DNA of 24,821 nt from a virus. Taxonomy: Duplodnaviria > Caudoviricetes. The DNA lies in the IMG/VR virus record IMGVR_UViG_3300022719_000055, positions 1-24,821 of that record; one strand, 5' to 3'. How positions within the stretch are numbered: the first letter of the stretch is position 1; every line of letters begins with the position of its first letter. The notes beneath the pieces are model-generated. The model made no database searches, had not been told where the DNA came from, and was given only the letters and a program-made list of their open reading frames with translations. Shown in pieces: positions 1 to 9,458 of the stretch. The translations under genes were made by a program, and so were the position numbers.

Positions 1-35
1 GCGAAATCGACATTCACCATGGTGACTAGCGCGCG

Positions 36-71
36 ATTTAGTTTTGAGCGTTTTACATTTAGTTTTGAACG
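36..71. repeat. Tandem 15-bp direct repeat ATTTAGTTTTGA(G/A)CG, possible transposase end-binding sites
   Basis: Copies at 36-50 and 57-71 (1 mismatch, 21-bp period) in AT-rich non-coding DNA after the last tail gene. Confidence 0.5.
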
Positions 72-192
72 CGTGTTAATTATAGGGCAAATTTCGGGGT
101 TAATTAGGGGTCACTGGCTGGGGTGTGCAAGGTGCGGCAGCCCATCGCCAGCAATGAGCAGATGACTCGCGAAGCTGAGCTGCAGAAACCCA

Positions 193-1401
193 TCACAGCG
201 ATTCCAGTAGGGAGAATCCGCCGCGGGTCAGATCGCCGTCGATGTCTGAGTATCCGCCCCATGTCGGCACGCCATAGAACACGAGCTCATCGAGTCGGTT
301 GAGGTCATCAGATCTCAGGATCAAGCCTATCGGTTTGTCAGGGCCACTGGATCGGATGGCGTCGAACAGATTAGGGTAGCCGCTGACTGATGGCGGGACG
401 TCGTCGTTATTGACGTTGCTGGTGAAGCTCACCAGCGATACCACGTCGACGGTGACATCGTACTGCAGGCTGGTGGCCTCGATGACCAGGTCATCACGAA
501 GCAACTGGGGGATGGTATTGCTCCTGTAGTTGACGCCCTGGCTGAGCGTATCGGGAATGAATAGCCCGCCGCCTTCGCTGCGCAGCGTGAGAGACATATC
601 GCCAGCGCCTGAGGCTGGCGCGCTGACGTCGACATCTATGCGGTATCTGATCCACTTCCCGGATACTCCTACACCGGTCAGGACATTAGGCAGAGTGATT
701 GTGCCAGACGCGCCAGAGCTTATCGTGTAGCGGTCCGTTGATGGTGATGACCATCCGCCAGTCAGCACTCCTGCAGGTATCGCTATGGGGTTGAGGTCTG
801 AAGGTGTACCGGACAGGATGTCGGTCCTGATCAGGCCCTGATTCACCTGTAACTGCCTGCGCACTGAACCGGGGCCGCCGAATATCTGACCGCCCTGCGA
901 TTGCTCATTTATGGAGGTTGTCACTGGTGTGACACTCCATCCAGCATCTGCGATCTCATCATCCTGCAGCGCCTGGTAGACCTGCATGTAGCCGATAGCC
1001 AGGCGGTCAGCGGTAAACGTCTCCAAGTCTTTCCGGATCTCCACGCGCAGAGTGCCGCTGATGGTCTGCTGCTGATCAAACAGGAATATGGCGTGAGCCT
1101 CTGAAACGGCCGTTCCCCTGGTGACAAGTAGCTGGCCGGTAATCTGCGTCACGCCACTAAACACCAGCACGGTGGCGCTGGTGAAATTTCGCACCCCCCA
1201 TATACCGATAGCTCCCGCCACATACCGACCTGTAACTGGTGTCGTGTTCATTTGCCATTCTACAGTTTCGCTATCGTGACGAGCTTTGGGCGACAGTTGA
1301 GGCTGTCGAATATTATCATCGCCTTCCACGGTGCCGACATCGAGGCTGAACCAGTCACTTCGTCCCAAATCTTCGGCTTCATATAGCATTATCGCAGCCA
1401 T
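193..1401 (-). CDS. Tail-tip/virion structural protein (~402 aa)
   Basis: Last gene of the tail operon, beta-rich. Start moved to ATG 1401 (MAAIMLYE), which has a GGAG RBS at 1410-1413 just after the upstream stop. Confidence 0.65.
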   Translation of the reverse strand: MAAIMLYEAEDLGRSDWFSLDVGTVEGDDNIRQPQLSPKARHDSETVEWQMNTTPVTGRYVAGAIGIWGVRNFTSATVLVFSGVTQITGQLLVTRGTAVSEAHAIFLFDQQQTISGTLRVEIRKDLETFTADRLAIGYMQVYQALQDDEIADAGWSVTPVTTSINEQSQGGQIFGGPGSVRRQLQVNQGLIRTDILSGTPSDLNPIAIPAGVLTGGWSSPSTDRYTISSGASGTITLPNVLTGVGVSGKWIRYRIDVDVSAPASGAGDMSLTLRSEGGGLFIPDTLSQGVNYRSNTIPQLLRDDLVIEATSLQYDVTVDVVSLVSFTSNVNNDDVPPSVSGYPNLFDAIRSSGPDKPIGLILRSDDLNRLDELVFYGVPTWGGYSDIDGDLTRGGFSLLESL

Positions 1402-1405
1402 CAGA

Positions 1406-3295
1406 TTATCTCCATAGCAATAGATCGACACGCGGGCCGATGAGTCTGCGGGTGACGCCCACCAGGGCGGTGTCGACGCCTGATTGTAGGCCCTTGCCCG
1501 GCCACGTGACATTCACCTTTTGAAACGGGCGCAGATCAGGCAGGTCGCTTGTGAGCATGGGCACGCGGATGAACTGGCGGCGGACGCTGGCGATGTCAGT
1601 GACATGATCTGCGAGGGCCTGCAGGCTGGTTTCGTCCACCACGGTGGTGGGAAATATGCAGCGCTTCTCAGCCCAGGCATAGAACGGGTGCAGGCTGTTG
1701 GCACCGGTGACCACGAAGCGATGCTCGGCTGCCACGTCTTCGCGCTTTTGCATGTCGCTGGCTATCGCGCCGGCGCTGCTCTCGGTGGGTATCGGCAGCC
1801 AGTTGCGACGGCCGCCGAATGTATCGGTGAGGCCGGGCATGAGGTCGTCCTCGACGGTGACTGTCTCGCCTGCCGGGATCTGCTCCGGAGTGATTTCCAG
1901 CACCGGGCTACCGCCAATGTCGCCAGGGTCAACCAGCCGCGCGAAGCGCATGACGCCAGCCTCGTCGATGTACTTGGTGGCGAGGAACTGCCCCAGCAGC
2001 TGCCGGATGATGTCGTTGCCGGTGGTGGTCGCATCCAGCCACATGCCGAGCTCGTGCGACCCTACAGCGGTATCGAGCGCGGCCAGTCCGGTGGTGTCAA
2101 TGTCGGCCACATCCCACCCTGCCTGCTCAGCAACGTAGGGGATCAGACCGTCCAGATCGCCGATGAATGTCTGCATGACGGTCTGCGGCCTGACGGTAAG
2201 ATTATCGATCCTGATGCTATTGAATCCGGACTGCCGCCGGAACAGCACTCGGATCTGAGCATAGGTAGGCGTGAAGTCTACCTGCAGGCTCGATCCGGAT
2301 GGAACCGCCCAATCATAAATGATGTGTTCGCTCGCCCCGTCGGTGTCAACGATCTTGATTTCCGATCTCGTGCCGAAGCTGCCATTGAACAGATCGACGT
2401 TGAGCCGGTGTAGCGTTCCCGCGCTCATGCCGATATTGCGCGTGATGGTTGCCGGTGTCGTTGTGCCGGTCACATTGTCCAGTTGATTGCTTTGAAGCTC
2501 AATCGTGTTCAGTCCGCTGTCAACCGTAGTCCAGCCAGGTGGGTTAATTCCATTGGAGCCAGTAAACTGCCCAGCGCTGCCCACAATATCGGTCCCGAAG
2601 CCGGACGACACCGATATGCTGCTGCCCTTAACCTCGGCAGTGATTCGCCCGGCCGGGGTGATGAGCATTTCAAAACCACGCCCAAGCGGATCCCACTGTG
2701 CGCCGGTGGCGGGGTTGCCGTTGCTCTGCACCTCGATCACCTCATAGGGCGCTTCGGTGTGTACTGCGTATTCGAGATCGTTGGGCGTCTCCAGCACAGC
2801 AGGCACTTGCCAGCAATGACCCAGCGTTACAGGCACGGGTAGTCCCCGGATACGGGCGTTGGGTGTGGTGTCGGTGTAAAAGTCGGTCTGCCAGGTGCCC
2901 TGCAGCTTGATGTCGCTGGCGGCGAACACCACTATCAGCCGGCCATTCTGTCCGGTGCCGATGAAGTCCACCACCGGCTCGGCCACCACCGCATAGCTGC
3001 CGAATGGCGCCGTGCTGGGACCTGCGAGCAGGCGGGCCGGCTTGTCGCGGACGTCGGCTGTGTGCAGCCAGTCAAACACGCCATCGGCACTGATCACCTC
3101 GGCCTGGCCGATGCCACTGCTTGTTGTGGTCTCCCAGATCCACAGACCAGCCTGCAGCTCGTAGGTGGGCACGCCCACCAGGCGCGGGTGTACGTCGGTG
3201 GATTGTGCAACCGGGAATACTGAGAAACGAACCAGTTCATCGCCGCTACCGCGATCAGCAGTCAGCTCCAGAATGATGTTGTCGCCCTGTGCCAT
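1406..3295 (-). CDS. Tail-tip/hub-like protein with an inserted carbohydrate-binding-like domain (~629 aa)
   Basis: Directly follows the tape measure gene. ATG 3295 (MAQGDNII) has GGAGG at 3301-3305. Contains a 'GLPVPVTLGHCWQVPAV' motif typical of siphophage tail proteins. Confidence 0.75.
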   Translation of the reverse strand: MAQGDNIILELTADRGSGDELVRFSVFPVAQSTDVHPRLVGVPTYELQAGLWIWETTTSSGIGQAEVISADGVFDWLHTADVRDKPARLLAGPSTAPFGSYAVVAEPVVDFIGTGQNGRLIVVFAASDIKLQGTWQTDFYTDTTPNARIRGLPVPVTLGHCWQVPAVLETPNDLEYAVHTEAPYEVIEVQSNGNPATGAQWDPLGRGFEMLITPAGRITAEVKGSSISVSSGFGTDIVGSAGQFTGSNGINPPGWTTVDSGLNTIELQSNQLDNVTGTTTPATITRNIGMSAGTLHRLNVDLFNGSFGTRSEIKIVDTDGASEHIIYDWAVPSGSSLQVDFTPTYAQIRVLFRRQSGFNSIRIDNLTVRPQTVMQTFIGDLDGLIPYVAEQAGWDVADIDTTGLAALDTAVGSHELGMWLDATTTGNDIIRQLLGQFLATKYIDEAGVMRFARLVDPGDIGGSPVLEITPEQIPAGETVTVEDDLMPGLTDTFGGRRNWLPIPTESSAGAIASDMQKREDVAAEHRFVVTGANSLHPFYAWAEKRCIFPTTVVDETSLQALADHVTDIASVRRQFIRVPMLTSDLPDLRPFQKVNVTWPGKGLQSGVDTALVGVTRRLIGPRVDLLLWR

Positions 3296-3296
3296 A

Positions 3297-6200
3297 TCAG
3301 CCTCCGCAGCTACCCCCGCCGCGTGACTGCTGACCGACGAAGGCGTCACGCCTGGCGCTGAATTTCAGTTCACTGAAGGAGTTGCTGATCGCGGCGTTGC
3401 CGGACGAGATCACGCCGGTCTGGTTCTTTCGTTGATCGTTTCCAGCCTCTAGCAACGCCTCCAGACGCTCCAGCCGCTGCACTACCGCTGTGCTATCGCC
3501 GCCGGGGCCAATGCTGAGACCGCTGCGGCGGGCAAAATCGCTGACTGGTGACGGCAGGATGATTTCACCGGCATGCACCAGCGCCGGGCCTGTGCGTGGG
3601 ACTGAGCCGCTGCCCAGGGCAAAGGCCGGGATACCGGCCTCGCTATTCTGCGCCTGCAGATTGTCGGCGATCCTGCCGAGGTCAACAGCCATTGTGGTCA
3701 GCGGTTCGAGGCCGGTGACCATATCCTCTATCCCTACGTTAATTTTTGTGAGCTCGTCGATCTGCGCATCGGCCTGTGAAGTGATGTCAATATCATCAAA
3801 GAATGGGGCCAGCTCATTGCGGAAACCGGGAGCGAGCTCATTGACCAGCCGCTCCAGTTCCGTGACGTCACCGGTTTCCTCTGCATCTCGAAGCGCGTCC
3901 TCAATAGGGCCAGCAATTTCAGGGGGGAGCCCTGATAGAGCCAGTTCAAAACCGTCATTCAATAGCCCGGTGGCGTCGGTCAGTGCGCCGAGGCTTATGC
4001 CTAGCTCATTCTGCAGCTCATCCAGCGACAGCCCGAATTCCTCAGCCAAACCACCGAGAATCCCGACCTGCTCAGCGCTGAGATTCTTGAGATCGACGCC
4101 GATAAACTCAGTTAGCTGCTCCAGCGACAGGCCGCTGTCTTCGAGAATCTGCAGCACGTCCTGATCCAGATCGGCCAGCAGGCCAAGCTGTTGAATGAGC
4201 TGCTGCGCCAGTTGCACCTGCTCCAGGGCGCTTTGCTCGATGCTGCTCGCGCTGCTGGCAATGCCGCCCACCTGCTGGCCGGTGACCGGCTCGGGTGCCT
4301 GTGGGCCGCTGGCTTGCAGATCGGCCAGGCGGTCGAGCGTGGCCTGGAATTCATCGGGGAATATGCCGACGCCGCCGGTGAACGATGACAGCTCACCGAG
4401 GAACTGATTGACCAGATCGGGCAGGCTTTCCAGCGCATCCACGTCGCCACCCTCAGCAGCGGCGAACGCGGCATCAAGCTGGGCACGTGCCTCGGCCAGG
4501 CGTTGCTCCGGAGTTAGTGGTGAGATGCTTGACAGCAGCAGATCATCAATGAGATCACCGATGCTCTCCAGCGCTGCCACCTCGCGGCGGAATCGATCAT
4601 CCACGGCGTCATTAACGCGTGAGATACCACCGAGGCTGCGGCCGACCAGTGAGCCTCCGGATTGCCCGAGCAGTTGCTCACTGATGGATTGCACACTAGC
4701 CAGAAGATCGTCAGCGAGTGCGGAGAGCGCAGCCTGGCGCGCAAACTCAACCTCCAGCACTTCCTGCTGGGTCGTGGCCAGGCCCAGTAGCGCATCGGCT
4801 CGCTGATTGATCTGGTCGATCTCTGATTGCTGGATACCCAGCAGTTCATTAATACCCTCGCGCAGGCTAGCTCTGCGCTCAGCCTCAGCCTCAGCCAGTG
4901 CCGCAGTTCTGGCCCTTTCAATTTCGGTTAACTCTGCTTCACTCTGGGCCAGCTCTGCAAGTGCATCAGCTCTGCGATTGATTGACTGGACTTCAGTTTC
5001 CGTGATTCCGAGCAGGCTATTGATCCCTGCTTCAAGACTCGCGACGCGCTCGGCTTCTATCGCGGCCAGTTCTTCCTGTGAATGCAGCAGTGCATCCACT
5101 GCCACGCCAGCCTCGATCAGTATCGCAAGCTCTTCCGGCGACAGAATATCGGCAAGCGACTCAAACGCTTCCCTGAATCCAGACTCGGTAAACAGTGCGT
5201 CAGTGACCTCGATGCCCAACGTGCCGAACAGTTCGGATGCGCGCTGCCGGGCCAGTTCCGCATCGTTCTCCAGCACTTCACCGGCGCTGAAGAATCGTTC
5301 GGATATGGTCTCAAGGCCGCTGGTCAGCCGATCAAGATCATCCCCAAACGCGCGGGTCAGGCTATCGCCGAACCGAATCAGATCATCACGGGATTCGCCG
5401 AAAGTCGTACCCAGCAAGCCGCCAAGCTGATCTAGCGCCGCCGTGGATTCCAGCAGGCGCTCAAACGAATCGCTCAGCGTCTCGCCTGTTCGGGCCAGCT
5501 CATCAACGATAGCGATGGTCTGTTGCAGTGCCGGGCTGGATACGTCGGCAGCGTCGCCAGTGCCCGCGATGACTGAATTGAACTTGGCAACGTCGTCAGA
5601 TGCTGACTGGATGCGGATCGGGCCGCCAAATCCCGGATCTCCGATTGAACCGCCCGGACCACCACCACCGCTCGGCGGGCCGATGGGCGCGGGTGATGGG
5701 GCTGGAGCTGGGTTAAATCCAGCTCCGGTAAGGCCAAGCGTGTCACCCAGCGCGAACCGGGTTCCGATGTCAATGATGTCGTTCAGGCGCTCAATGCGAT
5801 CTTCCAGCAGGCTGGCTTGATTGACGATTCCCTGAGTGAAGCCGTCAAACGCTGACAGGACAGCGTTAAATCTCGCCTCAAGCAGCTCCCCCGTGCTAAA
5901 CTTTTTGGCTTTGGCCTGCTGATCAAACTCAGCCAATGCAGCGTTAATAGCATCCAGATTGCCAGCGCCGTCAATCGCAGTGGCTATAGCCTTGTCAAAC
6001 TCCTGAATGGCTCGCCTGATCTGGTCTGCGACCTCTGGTGGAATTTTCCGCAAACCGAGGAACACTTCACCCAGATCGGTTTGTAGCGCTTCAACGTCCT
6101 TGGTGCCAAATCGCTCTACGTCAGCGTCGCCGGATATGCTGATTCGCGGGGCCTTGGTGAAGGCGTCAAAAATCGCGTCCCCGATTATATCCCCAATGAT

Positions 6201-8453
6201 GCCGCCGATTACTGCACCGGCAGGGCCTGCGATTGCACCCAGTTTTTCGCCGATTGCGCCTCCAATATCTTCACCAATATCACTCGCGATATCTGATAAC
6301 GCACCGCCAATCTGAGTGCCTATAATAGCGCCAGCGCCAGCCAGCAGCCCAGCACCAGCGCCCTGCTCACCGCCAACCGTTATGGCGCGCCCAAGAGCAA
6401 AAGCGATGCTCTCGCCGAACTCCTCTGCGTCATCGTCCAAGTCAGCAAAAGCCTCTTTGAAGCTGGCCGCAATCCTGTCCGTAAGGCCACTGAGCCCAAA
6501 TGAGGTGAGACTGGTCCCAATGGCTTCGCCGATGCCTTGGCCGTTCGCAAGCGCCCGTCCGATATTGTTGGCAAGATCTTCTGCCAAGCCGTCAAACGCA
6601 CCGCCTGCCTCATCGCCAGCACCGGCCAGCCGCTCGATGGCGGCTGTGATACGATCAGCCCGCTCAACATTGCCCTCATTAAGCGCCTCTTCCAGAGCCA
6701 GATTCAGCAGCAGCAGTTGCTCATCCGCGCTGCTGATCGGGATGAGCATGGCGTCGATCTTTCGCGTGAACTCATCCGCCTCATTGCCAGCACCGGTGAG
6801 CGCGGCAACCTGATCATCGGCACGCCGATTAATCGCATCAATCGCATCGGCCAGGCTAATGCCAGACGCCTCCAGAGACTCCTGATTCTGCGTCAGCAGA
6901 TCAATGGCCGAGGTGCGCTCAGCCTCGATCAGCGCCAGCTTGTCTTGTTCGGTGCCGTAGTTACCCAGCACCTGCAGGGCTGCGTTAACCGCATCTTTGT
7001 TGACGTTGACGGCATCTGTGTTATCACCTGTGGCATCGGTGTTGTCGCCGGTGGCCTCGGTGTTGTCCTCAGTGCCCTGAGTCAGCTCGCGCTGCTGCAA
7101 CAGCAGCTCGCGGCGCTTCTCCAGCAACTCACCTAGTGATACCAGCAGCTCATCCTGCGAGTCTTTGAGTGCGTCGATCTGGTTGCTGCCGGTCAGGCCG
7201 CCGAATATCTCTGCATCCGGATCAATCTGATCAATCTGGGATTGCAAGTCGTTAAACGCGGCTTCGATCTCGCGGATGCCGGCATCGATCTCGCCCAGGC
7301 TGACGGCATTGAAGGCGGCGGTGATTTTGCCCGCCGCCTCGTCGCCTCTGACACCCAGCTCAATCAGCCGGCGTTCGGCCGTCTGCGAGCGGGCAATCAC
7401 CACAGCCAGGCCGCCAGCCAGCACGCCGGCGGCGGTGATGATTGCCCCCAGCGGGTTGGCGCGGGCAGCCACGTTGATGGCGATGATAGCGCCGCGAATA
7501 GCAACCAGACTACGCAGCACTGAGCCCAGCGCAACAATGGCCGGGCCGATCAGGGCTGCCGCCGCACCGCCGATGATGACATTGCGACGGGTTTCGGAAT
7601 CCATCTCGGTCAGCGACTGCGTGATGCCGCGCACACCGGTGATCAGCTCACTGACTACTGGCAGCATGTCGTTGCCTATGGCCTCGGCAGCTTCGAGGAT
7701 GTCGCGGCGGATGAAGCGGATCTGTGCCGCGTTGTCGCCGGCGGTGCGGGCGGCATCGCCCAGGGCATCGGATGAGTCTGCAGTGATAGCGGCAAACACG
7801 GCTTGCGCCCTCGCTGCGCCGTCTAGTTCCTGCCCCTGCTTGATGATGCCCTCGGTGAGCGCTATCGCCTGCAGCCTGGTCTCACGGGTGTCGACGCCGA
7901 ACCGGCGCATCGGCTCACTACTGCCGGCCAGTGACGATTTGATTGCCTCCAGAACTTCCTCGGTGCCAGCGTTGTTGAAGCTGCCCAGGTCGGCAGCCAG
8001 TTCCAGCGCCTGCACACTGAGGTCAGACGCTGAGCCACGTGCCAACCCCAGCGGTACCAGCAGATCCTGCACGCCGGCAGAAAGCTCACGCATCTCGGTG
8101 ATGGTGAGTGGCACGGTGTCGCGTAGTTCGAGCAGTCTGGCGTTGACCCGCTCAAGCGAGCCGCGAAATACCACATCGAATTTGTTGGCCGTCTCGGTGG
8201 CGTCAATCGCCAGCTTGCTGGCAGCCGTGGCCGCAGCCAGCAGCGGTGCAGTCAGGCCAATTGAAAGATTGCGGCCACTGCGCTGCATCGACGCGCCGGC
8301 TGCATCGATGCGCTTGGCCAGCCGGTCTGCCGAAGTGCCGGCCTGGTCAAGCGTCGAATTGAATTTTTGCAGCGTACCGTCAGCGCTCTTGACCTCGCCC
8401 TGGAGCTGGCTGCCGTCTGCGCTCAGTACCAGCCTGAGACCGATATCACTCAT
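3297..8453 (-). CDS. Tail tape measure protein (1718 aa)
   Basis: Very long Ala/Leu/Glu-rich helical ORF after the tail chaperones. N-terminal 'GRNLSIGLTAPL' and 'AADLGSFNN' motifs; C-terminal 'PAFALGS...GPALVHAGEIILP' motif. Confidence 0.95.
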   Translation of the reverse strand: MSDIGLRLVLSADGSQLQGEVKSADGTLQKFNSTLDQAGTSADRLAKRIDAAGASMQRSGRNLSIGLTAPLLAAATAASKLAIDATETANKFDVVFRGSLERVNARLLELRDTVPLTITEMRELSAGVQDLLVPLGLARGSASDLSVQALELAADLGSFNNAGTEEVLEAIKSSLAGSSEPMRRFGVDTRETRLQAIALTEGIIKQGQELDGAARAQAVFAAITADSSDALGDAARTAGDNAAQIRFIRRDILEAAEAIGNDMLPVVSELITGVRGITQSLTEMDSETRRNVIIGGAAAALIGPAIVALGSVLRSLVAIRGAIIAINVAARANPLGAIITAAGVLAGGLAVVIARSQTAERRLIELGVRGDEAAGKITAAFNAVSLGEIDAGIREIEAAFNDLQSQIDQIDPDAEIFGGLTGSNQIDALKDSQDELLVSLGELLEKRRELLLQQRELTQGTEDNTEATGDNTDATGDNTDAVNVNKDAVNAALQVLGNYGTEQDKLALIEAERTSAIDLLTQNQESLEASGISLADAIDAINRRADDQVAALTGAGNEADEFTRKIDAMLIPISSADEQLLLLNLALEEALNEGNVERADRITAAIERLAGAGDEAGGAFDGLAEDLANNIGRALANGQGIGEAIGTSLTSFGLSGLTDRIAASFKEAFADLDDDAEEFGESIAFALGRAITVGGEQGAGAGLLAGAGAIIGTQIGGALSDIASDIGEDIGGAIGEKLGAIAGPAGAVIGGIIGDIIGDAIFDAFTKAPRISISGDADVERFGTKDVEALQTDLGEVFLGLRKIPPEVADQIRRAIQEFDKAIATAIDGAGNLDAINAALAEFDQQAKAKKFSTGELLEARFNAVLSAFDGFTQGIVNQASLLEDRIERLNDIIDIGTRFALGDTLGLTGAGFNPAPAPSPAPIGPPSGGGGPGGSIGDPGFGGPIRIQSASDDVAKFNSVIAGTGDAADVSSPALQQTIAIVDELARTGETLSDSFERLLESTAALDQLGGLLGTTFGESRDDLIRFGDSLTRAFGDDLDRLTSGLETISERFFSAGEVLENDAELARQRASELFGTLGIEVTDALFTESGFREAFESLADILSPEELAILIEAGVAVDALLHSQEELAAIEAERVASLEAGINSLLGITETEVQSINRRADALAELAQSEAELTEIERARTAALAEAEAERRASLREGINELLGIQQSEIDQINQRADALLGLATTQQEVLEVEFARQAALSALADDLLASVQSISEQLLGQSGGSLVGRSLGGISRVNDAVDDRFRREVAALESIGDLIDDLLLSSISPLTPEQRLAEARAQLDAAFAAAEGGDVDALESLPDLVNQFLGELSSFTGGVGIFPDEFQATLDRLADLQASGPQAPEPVTGQQVGGIASSASSIEQSALEQVQLAQQLIQQLGLLADLDQDVLQILEDSGLSLEQLTEFIGVDLKNLSAEQVGILGGLAEEFGLSLDELQNELGISLGALTDATGLLNDGFELALSGLPPEIAGPIEDALRDAEETGDVTELERLVNELAPGFRNELAPFFDDIDITSQADAQIDELTKINVGIEDMVTGLEPLTTMAVDLGRIADNLQAQNSEAGIPAFALGSGSVPRTGPALVHAGEIILPSPVSDFARRSGLSIGPGGDSTAVVQRLERLEALLEAGNDQRKNQTGVISSGNAAISNSFSELKFSARRDAFVGQQSRGGGSCGG

Positions 8454-8848
8454 TTGTTGCTCTTGGTCTGATCGCTGATGGCTTTTCGCGCAGCCTGCAC
8501 GTAGTGGGCATCAAGCTGGATGACAGCCTGATGGAGCTGCGGTCGCAGCTCGACATCGTGCACGTTGGCGACAGCGGCGATTTCGGCTGTGTCGAGCTCT
8601 TGCGGACAGGGGATTCCCCAATCGTATGTGAGCGGCTTGCGGCAGGCGCGCCAGAGCATGAAAGCCTGCAGGTTGCTGCCAAGCACCTCGACCTCTTCAC
8701 TGCGCTCGCGGCTCGGCGGCGGCCTGATGCCGAGCACCCGATACTCCTCATCGGCGTCGTCATCGGGCTGGTCGCTGCCATCAGATAGCGCTCTGCTGCC
8801 GGTCGGGTTCAGCTTGCCAAACGTCCGCCCGACAGCAGATAGTTTCCC
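8450..8848 (-). CDS. Tail assembly chaperone, -1 frameshift extension (lambda gpT-like, DUF1799-like)
   Basis: Frame is open from the slippery site at 8848 to the stop at 8450, in frame with listed ORF 8450..8737. Stop overlaps the tape measure ATG. Confidence 0.75.
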   Translation of the reverse strand, partial: GKLSAVGRTFGKLNPTGSRALSDGSDQPDDDADEEYRVLGIRPPPSRERSEEVEVLGSNLQAFMLWRACRKPLTYDWGIPCPQELDTAEIAAVANVHDVELRPQLHQAVIQLDAHYVQAARKAISDQTKSNK

Positions 8849-9321
8849 AAATTGACCTTGGGCTGCTCAGCCTCCCACACCGCCATAATGGCGTTGCGAT
8901 ACTTGGGTGAGCGTTTCATGTACTCCAGCACTTCGTCTGGGCCCATCTCGGCACCGTCGGCACGCTCGATGCTGACACCCTCGATGCCAATCAGCACGCG
9001 GTCGATCATGGGCGTGGCGTTCTTGATGCCGTCGATGCTTTCGTCGAGCTGCTCGATGTCCACGCTGTCGGCCACCTCGCTGTCGCTCTTGATCTTTTCG
9101 CTTTTCACCTGCCGCGACAGGCGCAGCAGATTGCTGCGCAGCTCGACAATGGGCTTGAGCAGGTCGGTGATCTGTTGTTGGGCGTCGTTGACCTCGTCCG
9201 GTGGCAGGTCGCGGAACACGGCGACGAAGCTGGCCTCTACCGTTTCATCCACGCCCTGGCCGTGCTCAGTGGTGGTGATGGTGCGCTTCCAGTGCTGGCC
9301 GATTTTGATTTTCAGACTCAT
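8809..9321 (-). CDS. Tail assembly chaperone (lambda gpG-like, 170 aa)
   Basis: Lies between tail tube and tape measure. AGGAG RBS. Carries G GGA AAC near its 3' end. Confidence 0.8.
   Translation of the reverse strand: MSLKIKIGQHWKRTITTTEHGQGVDETVEASFVAVFRDLPPDEVNDAQQQITDLLKPIVELRSNLLRLSRQVKSEKIKSDSEVADSVDIEQLDESIDGIKNATPMIDRVLIGIEGVSIERADGAEMGPDEVLEYMKRSPKYRNAIMAVWEAEQPKVNLGNYLLSGGRLAS
8842..8848 (-). other. Programmed -1 frameshift slippery heptamer GGGAAAC
   Basis: XXXYYYZ pattern correctly phased (TTG GGA AAC = L-G-N). The -1 frame joins ORF 8450..8737. Confidence 0.8.
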
Positions 9322-9401
9322 GGAGATAGTTCTCCTTGGTGGTTAAAAAAAGTCGGGGCGGGCAACCGATCTGGTCAATGCCAGCAGCCCCGTGTGGCTG
9401 T

Positions 9402-9432
9402 AAAAATAGCAGCCTGCGCTAAGGCAGGCTGC
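9402..9432 (-). terminator. Intrinsic terminator/attenuator after the tail tube gene
   Basis: Perfect 9-bp stem GCAGCCTGC/GCAGGCTGC (9409-9432) followed by TATTTTT on the minus strand. Confidence 0.6.
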
Positions 9433-9458
9433 AGTGGCGATGATCCCCGCGGTGCGGA

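Noticed and set aside
193-3295. Invertible tail cassette or diversity-generating retroelement
   Set aside because: No invertase, reverse transcriptase or template/variable repeat pair seen.
7276-8478. 400-aa plus-strand ORF (similarly 1520-2413, 12059-13153, 20030-20902)
   Set aside because: Antisense shadows of well-supported phage genes.
8446-8781. 111-aa minus ORF as the second chaperone
   Set aside because: It is in the same frame as the first chaperone, after its stop. The -1 frame ORF ending at 8450 fits the slippery site and couples to the tape measure.
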